The position numbers were made by a program, and so were the translations under genes. 64,000 nt of DNA from NCBI GenBank assembly GCA_050633305.1, contig JBOEGF010000018.1:704001-768000 (forward strand), in the 5' to 3' direction. Shown here piece by piece: positions 1-10,546 of the stretch. Each line of letters starts with the position of its first letter. Position 1 is the stretch's first letter. Under the pieces are notes generated by a model. The model made no database searches. It was given only the letters and a program-made list of their open reading frames with translations, and was not told the DNA's origin. Origin of the DNA: Nannocystales bacterium. GTDB taxonomy: Bacteria > Myxococcota_A > Polyangia > Nannocystales > Nannocystaceae.

Positions 1-480
1 GCCGGGACGGGACTTCTGGGCGAAGCGCTGGCCTCCCACGAGGTGCGTCTCGAGCTGGTCGGTCTGGATGTCAGCGCGGCGATGCTCGCCCAAGTGAGAT
101 GCCCGCTGTATGTCGCATGTCATCGAGGCGACGTACTGACGCGTATTCCCGGCAAAGAACTGTTCGACGGAGCGATGGCGAGCGGGTTGATGGAGTACGT
201 GGTCGATGTGCCCGCGTTGTTCCGCCGAGTCGGCCGACGGTTGCGCGAAGGGGGAGTGTTCGTATTCACGTTTTCTCCGACCTCTGCGGCGGACGTGCGC
301 GCGTTCGACGATGAAAGCGATCTTCACGCGCATGACCCCGAGCATGTTCGCGGCAGCCTGGACGAGGCGGGCTTCGTCGACGCCACAATGAGTCGTGCGT
401 TTCGGGCCTACCAGAACGCAGACGTGTGGGTCCGACACCGCATCGTCATCGCCCGCCGCGGCGCCGTCCTCCGGGCCTGA
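1..480 (+). CDS. Class I SAM-dependent methyltransferase (5'-truncated by window edge)
   Basis: Frame open from base 1: AGTGLLGEAL (motif I tail)...VGLDVSAAML, FDGAMASGLMEYV, LREGGVFVF. Confidence 0.8.
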   Translation, partial: AGTGLLGEALASHEVRLELVGLDVSAAMLAQVRCPLYVACHRGDVLTRIPGKELFDGAMASGLMEYVVDVPALFRRVGRRLREGGVFVFTFSPTSAADVRAFDDESDLHAHDPEHVRGSLDEAGFVDATMSRAFRAYQNADVWVRHRIVIARRGAVLRA

Positions 481-566
481 ACGGTCCCGGGTTTGAAGTC
501 GGTGGGAGGGTGGCTCATGCTCGGGGGGTGGAGGCCCGAACGCACGGTCGTGAAGCAACTCTTCCG

Positions 567-1937
567 GTGACGCGCCGCGGTTCGGTCGGCCGCGGGATCC
601 CAGGGGAGCGCCCCCCGGGGCCCCAAGACATCCCGATCATCGGCACCACGCGGATCTTCGAGCGCGATCAGCTCACTGCGATTCACCGGATCGTTCGTGA
701 ACACGGCGACGTCGTCTCGTACAACATCGGCCCACAGCCGATCTTCTTGGTGAGCAATCCGGAGGACGTGGCCAGGGTTGTGCTGACCGACCACAGCAAG
801 TTCATGAAAGGCGCGCTCACGCACGAGCTTTCGTCGTTTCTCGGCCGGGGGTTGGTGACCAGCGAGGGGCGCTTCTGGAGACGTCAGCGAAAAATCGCGG
901 CTCCCTCGTTCACGCGGCGCCACATCGAGCGATTCGCCGACACGATGGTCGCGTGCACCCAGCACGCGCTCGAGTCGATGGGGGACGGCCCCCGAAACGT
1001 TCACATCGACATGATGGAGATGACGTTGGACATCGTCCTGCAGACGGTGTTCGGGGATGCTGAAGTTCCGGACATCACGGCGGTCGGTCCGCTTGTCGAG
1101 GTGATGATGGAAGGGTTTCATCACGCCCACCTCACCTGGCGCCGTTTGCTGCCCCGAGTGGCAAAAAAATCGACGTTGGCTGAAATCGAAGCGGCGAGCG
1201 AAGCCTTGGACGCGCTGTTCTACGGCATCATTCGACAGCGGCGGCAACGGGGAGGGGACTACGGGGACGACTTGCTGGGGCGGTTGCTCGCCGCACGGGA
1301 TGACGATGGCACCGGCATGACCGACGAGCAGGTCCGAGACGAGGTCGCCACGATCTTCCTCGCGGGTCACGAGACCACCGCGCTTTCGTTGTCGTTCACC
1401 CTGCTCTTGCTCGCCCAGCACCCCGAGATTCAGCAGCAGGCTCGTGCCGAAGTCGACGCGGTGTTGGGCTCACGCGCCGCGACCATGGACGACGTCGCGA
1501 ACCTCCCGTTCATCGATGCCGTGCTCAAGGAGTCGATGCGGGTCTATCCACCGGTCTACGTGTTCGGGCGCGAGGCCCTCGAAGACGTCGAGATCGCGGG
1601 CTGGGTGATCCCCAGGCGTGCTCAGGTGCTCACGCCCGTGTGGGCGATCCATCGCGACCCACGTTGGTACGACGACCCCGAAGTGTTCAACCCCACGCGC
1701 TGGCTCGATGGACTCGCCGACCGTCTTCCCAAGCATGCGTACCTCCCGTTCGGGGGAGGCGCGCGGACCTGCGTCGGCAACCACTACGCGCTGCTCGAAG
1801 GGGTCCTCGGTCTCGCAACCATGCTCCAACAGCTCGAGGTGACACCGGAGCCCGACTTCGAGCTCGAGCTCCTCACCTCGGTGACGCTGCGCCCCAAGCA
1901 TGGGGTGAGCGTTCGGTTGAAGCGGCGTGACACCTAG
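567..1937 (+). CDS. Cytochrome P450
   Basis: AGHETT I-helix, ESMR (ExxR), FGGGARTCVG heme-binding Cys; start approximate (GTG 567). Confidence 0.95.
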   Translation: MTRRGSVGRGIPGERPPGPQDIPIIGTTRIFERDQLTAIHRIVREHGDVVSYNIGPQPIFLVSNPEDVARVVLTDHSKFMKGALTHELSSFLGRGLVTSEGRFWRRQRKIAAPSFTRRHIERFADTMVACTQHALESMGDGPRNVHIDMMEMTLDIVLQTVFGDAEVPDITAVGPLVEVMMEGFHHAHLTWRRLLPRVAKKSTLAEIEAASEALDALFYGIIRQRRQRGGDYGDDLLGRLLAARDDDGTGMTDEQVRDEVATIFLAGHETTALSLSFTLLLLAQHPEIQQQARAEVDAVLGSRAATMDDVANLPFIDAVLKESMRVYPPVYVFGREALEDVEIAGWVIPRRAQVLTPVWAIHRDPRWYDDPEVFNPTRWLDGLADRLPKHAYLPFGGGARTCVGNHYALLEGVLGLATMLQQLEVTPEPDFELELLTSVTLRPKHGVSVRLKRRDT

Positions 1938-1965
1938 CCGTCAGACCCGGGCGCGGATGTCCTTG

Positions 1966-2007
1966 GCCTGAGCCGTCGCGACCCGGGGGGATCGCGACGG
2001 CTCAGGC
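1966..2007. terminator. 16-bp perfect inverted repeat between convergent P450 and selB
   Basis: gcctgagccgtcgcga (1966-1981) / tcgcgacggctcaggc (1992-2007). Confidence 0.6.
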
Positions 2008-4014
2008 GCGCGGCCCGGGGATTCGGTCGTTTCCGCGGCGGACGGTGATCTGGAGCTGATCGAAGTGTTCCATCAGCGGCACGGCGAACTTGCGGCTGAG
2101 CCCGGTCATGGCCTTGAGCGCCTGCACATCGATGGTGCCCGACGCCGCCAGGTGCTCTCGCACGCCGACGAGCAAGCTCTCATGGCTCTGCTTGCTGAAC
2201 GACAAGTCGGCGGTGACCCGGATGAGTCGGCCGGTTCGTTGTAGTCCGCTCACCAGCTCCAACACCTCGGCCGCGGCCAACTCCAAGGACTCGGCCACCT
2301 CCTTGAGTGTGGGCGGTTTGTTCTGGGCGGCCTCGTACAGATCGAGGACCTTCTTCATTCGGGGCGGCAACTCGCCTCCCGCCGCGAGCCCTTTGCCTGG
2401 GCGTGCGAGCGTTCCGGCTTCATCCACGCCTCGCAGTGCTCCTCGTTCGACGGCCCGGTCGATGGCCGCGGCCGCCACGTCGGTCGCCACGCGCTTGCCC
2501 AGCGCGGCTTCGAGGGCAGGCCTGGCCATCCCCGTCTTCAGAGGCTGCGAGCCATGAAACTTGTCGACCGTGGAGATCGCCCGGTCGATCAGCGTCCGAA
2601 TCGCGGAGTCTTCGACGTAGCGGTCGTGGCCGATGCGGGCGGCATACGGCTTCTTCCCCTTGAGCAGTGGGTCGATCGCCGAGCGCACGTCATCCATGCC
2701 CGTGCGTCGGGCAAGCGTCGTTTCGTCAATGCCCAGCAGTCCCGCGTCCTGCACGAGCGCTTCGAGTTGGGCCCGGGGATCGTCGCCATGCAGGGCCCGC
2801 CCCAGAGCGATCCAACGCGGTCGCTGACCACGGCCCGCGGATGGTTCGGGGTCCAGAACGACGCCTCCACCGATCGTCCGGCCTTGATAGTTCTCCGACG
2901 GGTCCGAAAAGGCGCGGACCACAACCCGTGCGCCTCGCCACAGGGGAAGGGGCGTCTCCAAGCGAAACCGGACCAGGCCTTCGCGGCCGCTCTCGATCGA
3001 AACATCTTCTCCGGACGTGTCGGCGGCCTCGCCCTCGAGCGGCTGAACGTACAGCGGGTCGAGTTTCCCGTTGGTATAGGCCGTTCCTACGCACACTTGC
3101 AGTGCGCTCCCAGACTTCCACGGTGCTCCATGGGTCGGAAGGTGTTGCAACCACGCGTGGAAAACCGTCTGCCGGGAGACGGCATCTCCAGCCGTGAGCA
3201 CGTCCCCACGAGATAGGTCCTTCGTTTCGACACCGCCAAGGTTGAGTGCGATGCGAGAGCCCGCCCCGATTCTGTCTTGGGCATCGCCGCGGACTTGAGC
3301 CGCGCGTGTCCGGAGCTGCTGCGGCACACGTCCATCGCCGACCGGCTCGAGCCGTAGCGGGGTCTCTTTGCCAACATCCACCACGCCGCGTTGCAGCGTC
3401 CCCGTGACGACGGTTCCGTGGCCGCGGATCGAGAAGACGCGATCCAGCGGGAGAATCGGATCGCCCTTGGTGCCCCGCCGCGGAACGTGCTCGATCAGTT
3501 TCACGATGGCGGAGCGGAGCGTGTCCAGCCCCTCCTTGGTGTGTGAGCTGCACGGAATGATCGGCGAACTCTCGAAGATCGTCCCGGCCAGCGCTTCCCG
3601 GACATCATCCGCGGCCAGTTCAATCGCCTCTTCGTCGCCATCGAGGCGGTCGACCTTACTCAGAGCAACGACGCCGTGTTTGACCCCGAGCAGCCGGCAC
3701 ACGTTGATGTGCTCCCGCGTTTGCGGCATGACGCCGTCCTCGGCCGAGACCACCAGGATGACCACGTCGATGCCACCGGCCCCGGCGACCATCGTTCGGA
3801 CGAAGTTCTCGTGTCCGGGGACATCCACGATCGACGCTTCGAGCCCGGCCTTGATCGGCCACGGTGCGAAGCCGAGCTCGATCGTGATGCCGCGTCGCTT
3901 CTCTTCGGGCAGGCGGTCGGTGTCGGTGCCGGTCAGAGCACGCACCAGCGTCGTCTTGCCGTGGTCGATGTGCCCCGCGGTCCCGAGAACCAGGGAGCGC
4001 GGGGCTTTAGCCAT
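2002..4014 (-). CDS. selB: Selenocysteine-specific translation elongation factor SelB
   Basis: [38 protein letters not shown]-terminal winged-helix [15 protein letters not shown]. Confidence 0.95.
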   Translation of the reverse strand: MAKAPRSLVLGTAGHIDHGKTTLVRALTGTDTDRLPEEKRRGITIELGFAPWPIKAGLEASIVDVPGHENFVRTMVAGAGGIDVVILVVSAEDGVMPQTREHINVCRLLGVKHGVVALSKVDRLDGDEEAIELAADDVREALAGTIFESSPIIPCSSHTKEGLDTLRSAIVKLIEHVPRRGTKGDPILPLDRVFSIRGHGTVVTGTLQRGVVDVGKETPLRLEPVGDGRVPQQLRTRAAQVRGDAQDRIGAGSRIALNLGGVETKDLSRGDVLTAGDAVSRQTVFHAWLQHLPTHGAPWKSGSALQVCVGTAYTNGKLDPLYVQPLEGEAADTSGEDVSIESGREGLVRFRLETPLPLWRGARVVVRAFSDPSENYQGRTIGGGVVLDPEPSAGRGQRPRWIALGRALHGDDPRAQLEALVQDAGLLGIDETTLARRTGMDDVRSAIDPLLKGKKPYAARIGHDRYVEDSAIRTLIDRAISTVDKFHGSQPLKTGMARPALEAALGKRVATDVAAAAIDRAVERGALRGVDEAGTLARPGKGLAAGGELPPRMKKVLDLYEAAQNKPPTLKEVAESLELAAAEVLELVSGLQRTGRLIRVTADLSFSKQSHESLLVGVREHLAASGTIDVQALKAMTGLSRKFAVPLMEHFDQLQITVRRGNDRIPGPRA

Positions 4015-4112
4015 GTCGGCGAGTGTCGTCCCCTGCGCGCCATCGGACAAGCCCAGCCGCTGTCTGTGCGGCGCTGTGCCGCCAAGCGTCGGTGGTGCTA
4101 CCCTGGCGCAGT

Positions 4113-5195
4113 ATGGGCCAGGCTGAGACGACGCCGCTGCCGGGCGCGATTGGGCGCTACCGCATCACCCGCAAGATCGGCGAGGGCGGCATGGGCGTGG
4201 TCTACGCGGGGTTCGATCCCGAGCTGCAACGCGATGTCGCGGTCAAACTCATCCGCTCTGGCCGGTTCAGGGGCAACGTGCAACTCGCCAGCGATCGTTT
4301 GCGCCGGGAGGCTCAGATCACCGCTCAGCTCGCACACCCCAATGTCGTGACGATCTACGATGTGGGCGAGTCCGACGACGGTGTCTACATCGCGATGGAG
4401 CTCGTCGACGGCCCATCCCTCGCGCGCTGGATGCGGCAGGATGCCCGGACCTGGCGGGAGGTCGTTTCGATGTTCTTCGGTGCAGGACGCGGGTTGGCCG
4501 CGGCCCATGACGAAGGCCTCATTCATCGCGACTTCAAGCCGTCCAACGTGCTGGTCGGGGACCGACGGGCCCGGGTCGTGGACTTCGGGCTTGCCCACGA
4601 TGGGCCGGTTCGGGGTCGTCCTCCAGCGCCGACGGCTGATGTTTTGTCCACCGCACCCAGCGACAGCAGCCGGGGTCGGGTTGACGACATCCTCACGACC
4701 TCTTCGGTCAGCACGACGACCAACGGCGTAGGCGATGTGTCGGTGACGATCTCCTCGCTCCGTGATGCCGCGCCCGGAGACGACGTCGAGACGACAAGCG
4801 CCGATGCGATGACGATCACCACCGATGGTGACGACCCAGTGACGGTCGAGGGCAGCGTCACGACCACCGGGCACTTTATCGGCACTCCCGCCTACATGGC
4901 AGCCGAGCAGTTCCTCGGTGGTGACGCCGACGCGCGGAGCGACCAGTTTTCGTTTTGCGTCTCTTTGTACGAAGGCCTCTACGGCGAGCGTCCGTTCGCA
5001 GGGAGGACAGCCTCGGAGATCGCCCGTAACGTCGTCGCAGGCAATATCCGAGCGACTCCGGGGCGGGCGCGCGTTCCCGGCTGGATTCGAAACATCCTGC
5101 TGCGCGGACTCGATCCAGACCCGGCGCAACGGCACGAATCGGTCAAGGCGCTGCTTGCGTCGGTCTGGTTCACGGCACGAATCATGTTCGATTGA
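4113..5195 (+). CDS. Hanks-type Ser/Thr protein kinase (catalytic domain only)
   Basis: [34 protein letters not shown]. Confidence 0.92.
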   Translation: MGQAETTPLPGAIGRYRITRKIGEGGMGVVYAGFDPELQRDVAVKLIRSGRFRGNVQLASDRLRREAQITAQLAHPNVVTIYDVGESDDGVYIAMELVDGPSLARWMRQDARTWREVVSMFFGAGRGLAAAHDEGLIHRDFKPSNVLVGDRRARVVDFGLAHDGPVRGRPPAPTADVLSTAPSDSSRGRVDDILTTSSVSTTTNGVGDVSVTISSLRDAAPGDDVETTSADAMTITTDGDDPVTVEGSVTTTGHFIGTPAYMAAEQFLGGDADARSDQFSFCVSLYEGLYGERPFAGRTASEIARNVVAGNIRATPGRARVPGWIRNILLRGLDPDPAQRHESVKALLASVWFTARIMFD

Positions 5196-5258
5196 GCGCA
5201 CGCCGTGTTTTGTGCACGGGGCTTGCAGTGACTCAGGGCGTCTCGACAGGAGTCACCC

Positions 5259-5537
5259 ATGATCGCTCTCGACCGTTCCCCCCCGCGTGCCCTTGGTCCT
5301 CTCGCCACCGCCGTCTACGGCGTCCTCGACAAGTACACGTCGTTTCCGTGGCCGGTGCTCAAGGCACAGTGTCGTCGCAACGGGATCGATCCGCTGAACT
5401 TGTCACCGGCCATGTTGGGCGCGTTGATTCAAGACCTCGCGTTGGCAGTCGGTCGCTTCAACTCGATGTCCGCGGGTCTCTCGGTGCGCCGTGACCTGGT
5501 TGCGCTGCTTCGGGCTGAGACCAACCGATTGCCCTAG
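5259..5537 (+). CDS. Small helical hypothetical protein
   Basis: 92-aa ORF with SD caggag upstream; typical codon usage. Confidence 0.6.
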   Translation: MIALDRSPPRALGPLATAVYGVLDKYTSFPWPVLKAQCRRNGIDPLNLSPAMLGALIQDLALAVGRFNSMSAGLSVRRDLVALLRAETNRLP

Positions 5538-5645
5538 TCCTCGGTTCTGCAGCTCCGCACGCCCGATTCCGGTCCCTTCGATATCCGGCCCTGGCCGGGC
5601 TTGGGAGGCCGATCTGCCGCCGGCCTTGCTGGATCCCGGGCGTCC

Positions 5646-7118
5646 ATGCCATCCCTGCCGTTGATGCGTCTGCGCAGTGCGGCGATAGGTCTCCTCGGTC
5701 TCGCGATCTACGCGTGGTCTGCGGAGGCGTCGGCCAAGGGCAAGCCCAAGAAGACCTGCGAGGTCGAGGTCGCTTCGGGCGACACCCTCAGCGGCATCGC
5801 GGCCAAGCACGGGGTCAGCGAGAAGGCGCTCATCTCAGGCAACCCTGCGCTCAAGAAAAACCCGAATCTTCTGCGCGTCGGTCAGGTCGTCAGCGTTTGC
5901 GTGGACCCGCCCGATGGTGGCGGTTCGGACTCAAAGTCCGGCAAGGCCAAGGGCAAGGCCAACGCGAGCAAGCCCAAGCGTGGTCGTTCGTGCGAAGGCG
6001 GCGGCGAGATCACGAAGCACGAGGTCGCTTCGGGAGACACCCTGAGCCGAATCGCGCGAACCTACGCGGTCAAAGAAAGCTCCATCACGCGCCACAACAA
6101 GGCGCTTCGTGCCGACCCCAACAAACTGAGGGTCGGGCAGGAGATCAACGTCTGCGTGTCCGGGGGAAGCGTAGGCTCTGCGAAGAAGTCGAAGGCCTGC
6201 GACTACATCACCCCGGTCCACACCCACACCGTCGTCCCCGGCGAGCATCTGGGTCAGGTCGCGGGTCGGTACGGCGTCCGAAAACGCGACCTCACCAAAC
6301 TCAACGCGAGGCTTCGCAAGAATCCGGACATGCTCAGGGTGGGGCAGAGTATTCGTGTTTGCCCGGTCATCGCACCCCGCGAACGGACCAAGATCAGCTA
6401 CACGGTCCAGTCCGGCGACAACCTGGGCACCATCGCGCAACGGTACGGGCTCACGCCGAGCGAGCTCGAACGCTACCAGCGAGGGAAGCTCAAGAACCCC
6501 AACGCGTTGCGGGAGGGGCAGTCTCTGACGGTCTGGGCGGATGGCGACGTGGTCGAAGGATTCGCGCGGATCGACCGCGACAAGGGCAAGCTCAAGGCGG
6601 GCGTCCAGCTGCCCCCGGGACGGCACTACGTCGTCAAGTGGGAAGCAGGCGCGTGGGGAACCGGCAAGACCGTCCGCGTGATTCAGTCCGCCGTCGCGAG
6701 CTACAAGCGCAAGCAACCCGGCGGGCCCAAGGTCCACATCGGGGACATCAGCAAGCGTGGCGGCGGCAAGTTCCGACCACACCTCTCCCACCAGCACGGG
6801 CGGGATGTGGACATCGGCTATGTGCTCGAGGGCAAGTATGCCCACGAAAAGCGGTTCCACACCGCGGTCAACGGCAACCTGGACATCGCGCGAACCTGGA
6901 CGCTGATCAAGGCGTTCGTCGACTCAGGCGAGGTCACGTACATCTTCATGGACTATCGAATCCAAGAGAAGCTGTACAAGTACGCCCAGAAGCGCGGGTA
7001 CAGCGAAGACACGCTCGATGAGCTGTTTCAGTACCCTCGTGGCAAGCGTCGGACGCACGGCCTCATCCGGCATTGGAAGGGGCATCACAACCACTTCCAC
7101 GTCCGCTTCCGAAAGTAG
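5646..7118 (+). CDS. Secreted 4x LysM + MepA-like (peptidase M74) murein endopeptidase
   Basis: Signal peptide; four VxSGDTL/GEHL LysM repeats; IGDISKRGGG..HLSHQHGRDVDIGY and HHNHFHVRF Zn motifs. Confidence 0.85.
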   Translation: MPSLPLMRLRSAAIGLLGLAIYAWSAEASAKGKPKKTCEVEVASGDTLSGIAAKHGVSEKALISGNPALKKNPNLLRVGQVVSVCVDPPDGGGSDSKSGKAKGKANASKPKRGRSCEGGGEITKHEVASGDTLSRIARTYAVKESSITRHNKALRADPNKLRVGQEINVCVSGGSVGSAKKSKACDYITPVHTHTVVPGEHLGQVAGRYGVRKRDLTKLNARLRKNPDMLRVGQSIRVCPVIAPRERTKISYTVQSGDNLGTIAQRYGLTPSELERYQRGKLKNPNALREGQSLTVWADGDVVEGFARIDRDKGKLKAGVQLPPGRHYVVKWEAGAWGTGKTVRVIQSAVASYKRKQPGGPKVHIGDISKRGGGKFRPHLSHQHGRDVDIGYVLEGKYAHEKRFHTAVNGNLDIARTWTLIKAFVDSGEVTYIFMDYRIQEKLYKYAQKRGYSEDTLDELFQYPRGKRRTHGLIRHWKGHHNHFHVRFRK

Positions 7119-7127
7119 CCCGAAGCA

Positions 7128-8294
7128 CTACCCCGTGGCTTCGACGATGAGAAGCAGCGTCCACAAGACGTTCGCCTCGTCATCGGTGCACTGCGCTTGG
7201 AGCGGGATGCCGAACGAAGTCACGTCGAGGACGAAGCTGCACGCACCCATGCTGTCGTCCGCGTTGAGGTCGTCGTCCCAGACTTCGTAGAGCCCAGGCA
7301 TCAAGAGCTCCTTGGTGGAGATGTCTTGCAGGATCGCCTCGTTCCACTCTGGTGTGACGGTGTTGGCGATGAACCCGGTCGAGTCCGTCGTGTCGCCGAA
7401 CGTCAGGGTGACGAAGGGGTCGGGCAGCCCGCCGAGGCTGTCCCAAGCGTCGCCGAGCGAGTTGGCGTCCGCGGTTGTTGCGGACAGGACCATGACCTGC
7501 CAAAGCGCCTCGGCGTTGGCTTCGCAGTCGCCGTTGCAGGAGGTGCCGAACGGGCACGTCGCGCAGACCGAGCCCGCCGCGCCGCACGACGCATCGGAAG
7601 CTCCATCGAGGCAGGTATCTCCATCGCAGCAGCCGTCGCAGCTCTCGGCGCAGGCGGAAGAGAGACAAGAGCCCTCGGAGCATGAGAACCCGGATCCGCA
7701 GTTCTCGCAGGTTGCGCCTTGAGCTCCACACGCCGCTGCGCCGGTTGACTCGAGCGGGACGCAGTCTCCGGTTGCATCGCAGCATCCGTCGCAGGTCGTC
7801 TCGCACGGAGGCTCGCACGAGCCCTCGTTGCACGTGCTCCCAGGCGAGCACACCGAACACTGGAAACCATCGTCTCCGCACCCGTCCAGCTCCGTGCCGG
7901 CGCGGCATTCGTCCCCGTCGCAGCAACCGTCGCAGTTGTCGGGGGTGCAGGCGGGAAGTGCCACGCACTGGCCTTCGTCGCAGAACGACGCGGCGTCACA
8001 CGCGACGCACGCCGCCGCAAGGACGCCACAAGCTTGGTCGAGGTCCCCGGCGAGGCATCCGCCGGCTGCGTCGAGACAGCCCATGCACCCGCCGTCAGAG
8101 GCGCTCGAGGGATCGCCGGTGTCATCCGGATCGACCGTGTCCCCTCCGGAGGTGTCGCTGGACTCGACCGGTCCGTCCGTCGCTCCACCACTCTCTGCTG
8201 GTTCGGTGAAGCAGCCGGGGAGCGGACCGAGCACGCCAACCGTCAGGAGGAGGCCTGCGCTCAGACCCCGTGCATCTGAGGCTAGAAGTGGCAC
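7128..8294 (-). CDS. Cys-rich repeat lipoprotein with C-terminal C2-like domain
   Basis: Lipobox LPGC; repeated [10 protein letters not shown]; PDPFVTL...TPEWNE...[14 protein letters not shown]. Confidence 0.75.
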   Translation of the reverse strand: MPLLASDARGLSAGLLLTVGVLGPLPGCFTEPAESGGATDGPVESSDTSGGDTVDPDDTGDPSSASDGGCMGCLDAAGGCLAGDLDQACGVLAAACVACDAASFCDEGQCVALPACTPDNCDGCCDGDECRAGTELDGCGDDGFQCSVCSPGSTCNEGSCEPPCETTCDGCCDATGDCVPLESTGAAACGAQGATCENCGSGFSCSEGSCLSSACAESCDGCCDGDTCLDGASDASCGAAGSVCATCPFGTSCNGDCEANAEALWQVMVLSATTADANSLGDAWDSLGGLPDPFVTLTFGDTTDSTGFIANTVTPEWNEAILQDISTKELLMPGLYEVWDDDLNADDSMGACSFVLDVTSFGIPLQAQCTDDEANVLWTLLLIVEATG

Positions 8295-9043
8295 TCCACC
8301 ACCATCGCGGTGATGTTGTCGGTACCGCCGGCCTCGTTGGCGCGATCGATCAGCTCGCCAACGGCCGCTTCGAGGTCCTGGTTTCGCTTCGTGATGTCGT
8401 GGATCTGCTCGTCCGTCAGCATTCCGGACAGCCCGTCGCTACAGAGCACGAAGCGGTCGCCGTCTTCGAGGTCCACGCGAGCGATATCGACGACGACGTT
8501 GTCACGCATGCCCAGCGCTCGGGTGATGACGTTCTTGTGGGGGAAGTTTCGGGCTTCCTCCTCGGTCATGTCCGGTCGAGCCTCTTTGTAGTCCTCGAGC
8601 AGAGAGTGGTCGCGTGTCAGCAGGTGAATGATGCCGTCGCGGACGCGATAGACCCGGGAGTCACCAACGTGGGCGACGAAGGCCGAGTTGCCCTTGATGA
8701 TGAACGACACCAGGGTCGTACCCATCCCTCGCAGCTGGGGGTTCTTGGCCGCGCTCTCGTGGATCTTTGCGTTGGCCAACCGGATCGAAGCGACCAGCCG
8801 GTTCTCCACGTAGGACAAGTTGTGGTCGTAGCGGTAGGGCCACGTCGCATCTTGATCCTTGCTGTGGCGGTAGAACTCGCCCATCACCTCGGCGGCGAGC
8901 TTGCTCGCTACCTCGCCCGACGCGTGGCCGCCCATGCCGTCGGCGACCATGAAGAGCTGCTCATCTTCGATCAACGCGAAGTAGTCCTCGTTGTGAGTCC
9001 TCTTCATGCCGACGTCGGTCTTGGCCGCGTATCGGATTCGCAC
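8282..9043 (-). CDS. PP2C-family Ser/Thr phosphatase (Stp1/PrpC type)
   Basis: [41 protein letters not shown]. Confidence 0.95.
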   Translation of the reverse strand: MRIRYAAKTDVGMKRTHNEDYFALIEDEQLFMVADGMGGHASGEVASKLAAEVMGEFYRHSKDQDATWPYRYDHNLSYVENRLVASIRLANAKIHESAAKNPQLRGMGTTLVSFIIKGNSAFVAHVGDSRVYRVRDGIIHLLTRDHSLLEDYKEARPDMTEEEARNFPHKNVITRALGMRDNVVVDIARVDLEDGDRFVLCSDGLSGMLTDEQIHDITKRNQDLEAAVGELIDRANEAGGTDNITAMVVECHF

Positions 9044-9130
9044 CTCGGAGGCATCCTAGCGGACCGGCGAGGGGGAACCAAGGGGGGAGCACCGGACGGA
9101 GGTACCCGGATTTCCCTTGCGAAACGTGAG

Positions 9131-9160
9131 CTTGACTTCTGTTCAGTGTTTCGTCAGAGT
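9131..9160 (+). promoter_or_regulatory. Putative sigma70 promoter with overlapping LexA-box-like site upstream of cinA-recA
   Basis: TTGACT(9132-37)-17 bp-CAGAGT(9155-60); CTTGACTTCTGTTCAGT resembles the Myxococcus LexA consensus CTRHAMRYBYGTTCAGS (13/17). Confidence 0.45.
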
Positions 9161-9184
9161 CAGTGCCCCCGCAACGTGGCTGCC

Positions 9185-10546
9185 GTGCACGAACCTGAAT
9201 CTCAGACTTCCCCAGCCCCCCGCCGCGCTTGCGTCGGGCGTCTGGTTGCGGTGGGAGACGAGTTGCTCAGTGGCGATACCGTCAACACGAACGCGACAGA
9301 CCTCGCGTCCCGGTGTCGCGAGTTGGGTATCACGCTCGACCGCGTCGTCACCGTGCGCGATCGCATCGAAGAGATCAGCGCAGCGATCCGCCAATCCGCA
9401 GACGCGGATGTTTGCTTCGTCTGCGGCGGCTTGGGACCGACCTCGGACGACCGAACGGCCGAAGCCGTCGCCCATGCGGCAGGGGTCGAGCTCAAGCGGG
9501 ACGATGCCGCAGTGGAGCGACTCAAAGCCAAGTTCGCCGCGATGGGCTACGAGATGCCCGCGATGAATCTCAAGCAGGCCGATTTTCCGGCCACCGCCAC
9601 GATCGTCGCCAACCCGATCGGCTCGGCTGAGGGCTTCATGGTCCCGGTGCCGACGGCGGGAGGATGCCCGGTGTACGCCATGCCCGGGGTGCCCCGCGAG
9701 ATGCGTCGCATGTTCGACACGGAGATCGGGCCTGCGCTCGCCAAGCGGTTCGAGCTCTCACCCACGCCGCGTCGGATCTATCGCGCGTTGGGGCGAGGGG
9801 AATCGTCGTTGGCCCACGCGATCGAGCCGATCGTCCAGCAGGCGCGCGAGCGAGCGGGACTCGAATCCTTGTTCGTGCACTACCGGGCCACGTCGCCTCA
9901 GGTGCTCGTCGTACTCGAGGCCGGATCCTCTGTGGGCTCAAACGCCGAGGTGCAGGCGGCTCTGGGCGAACTCGACGCGCAGATCGTCGAGGCGATGGAG
10001 CCGGCGATCTACGGAGTCGGAGAGGAGACGCTCGCCGAACGGGTCGTCGATGCCCTGGGGCGCGCTGGCTTGCGGCTATGCACCGCCGAGTCGTGCACCG
10101 CCGGTGGTCTCGGTGCCACGATTACGGCGGTCCCAGGGTCGTCGGCGGTCTTCGACGGTGGCGTCATCTCCTACGCCAACGCGGTCAAGATCGGTCTGCT
10201 CGGGGTCGATCCTCAGGTTCTGGAAACGCACGGCGCCGTGAGTGAGCCGGTCGCGCGCGCGATGGCTGAAGGCGCGCGCAAAGCGACAGGATCCGATCTC
10301 TCCGTCTCCATCACCGGAATCGCGGGGCCCGATGGTGGCTCCGCCGAAAAGCCGGTAGGAACCGTCCATATCGACGTCTTCGATGGGGACGTCCACCTCC
10401 ACAAGAAACTCAAACTCCGCGGCAACCGTGGCAATGTTCGCCACTGCTCCCACCAATGGGCCCTCAAGCTCGTTTGGGATCGCCTCTGCGCACGCGGCCT
10501 CGCATCAGCCGTTTCCAGTTCACACCCTCAGGAGCCCCTGTCATGA
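9185..10546 (+). CDS. cinA: CinA family protein (molybdopterin-binding-like + NMN deamidase PncC domain)
   Basis: [52 protein letters not shown]; stop overlaps recA start; start approximate (9176/9185). Confidence 0.92.
   Translation: MHEPESQTSPAPRRACVGRLVAVGDELLSGDTVNTNATDLASRCRELGITLDRVVTVRDRIEEISAAIRQSADADVCFVCGGLGPTSDDRTAEAVAHAAGVELKRDDAAVERLKAKFAAMGYEMPAMNLKQADFPATATIVANPIGSAEGFMVPVPTAGGCPVYAMPGVPREMRRMFDTEIGPALAKRFELSPTPRRIYRALGRGESSLAHAIEPIVQQARERAGLESLFVHYRATSPQVLVVLEAGSSVGSNAEVQAALGELDAQIVEAMEPAIYGVGEETLAERVVDALGRAGLRLCTAESCTAGGLGATITAVPGSSAVFDGGVISYANAVKIGLLGVDPQVLETHGAVSEPVARAMAEGARKATGSDLSVSITGIAGPDGGSAEKPVGTVHIDVFDGDVHLHKKLKLRGNRGNVRHCSHQWALKLVWDRLCARGLASAVSSSHPQEPLS

Noticed and set aside
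8270..9184. N-terminal 300-aa extension of CinA in the ORF track
   Set aside because: It is the antisense shadow of the PP2C gene; CinA homology starts near 9185
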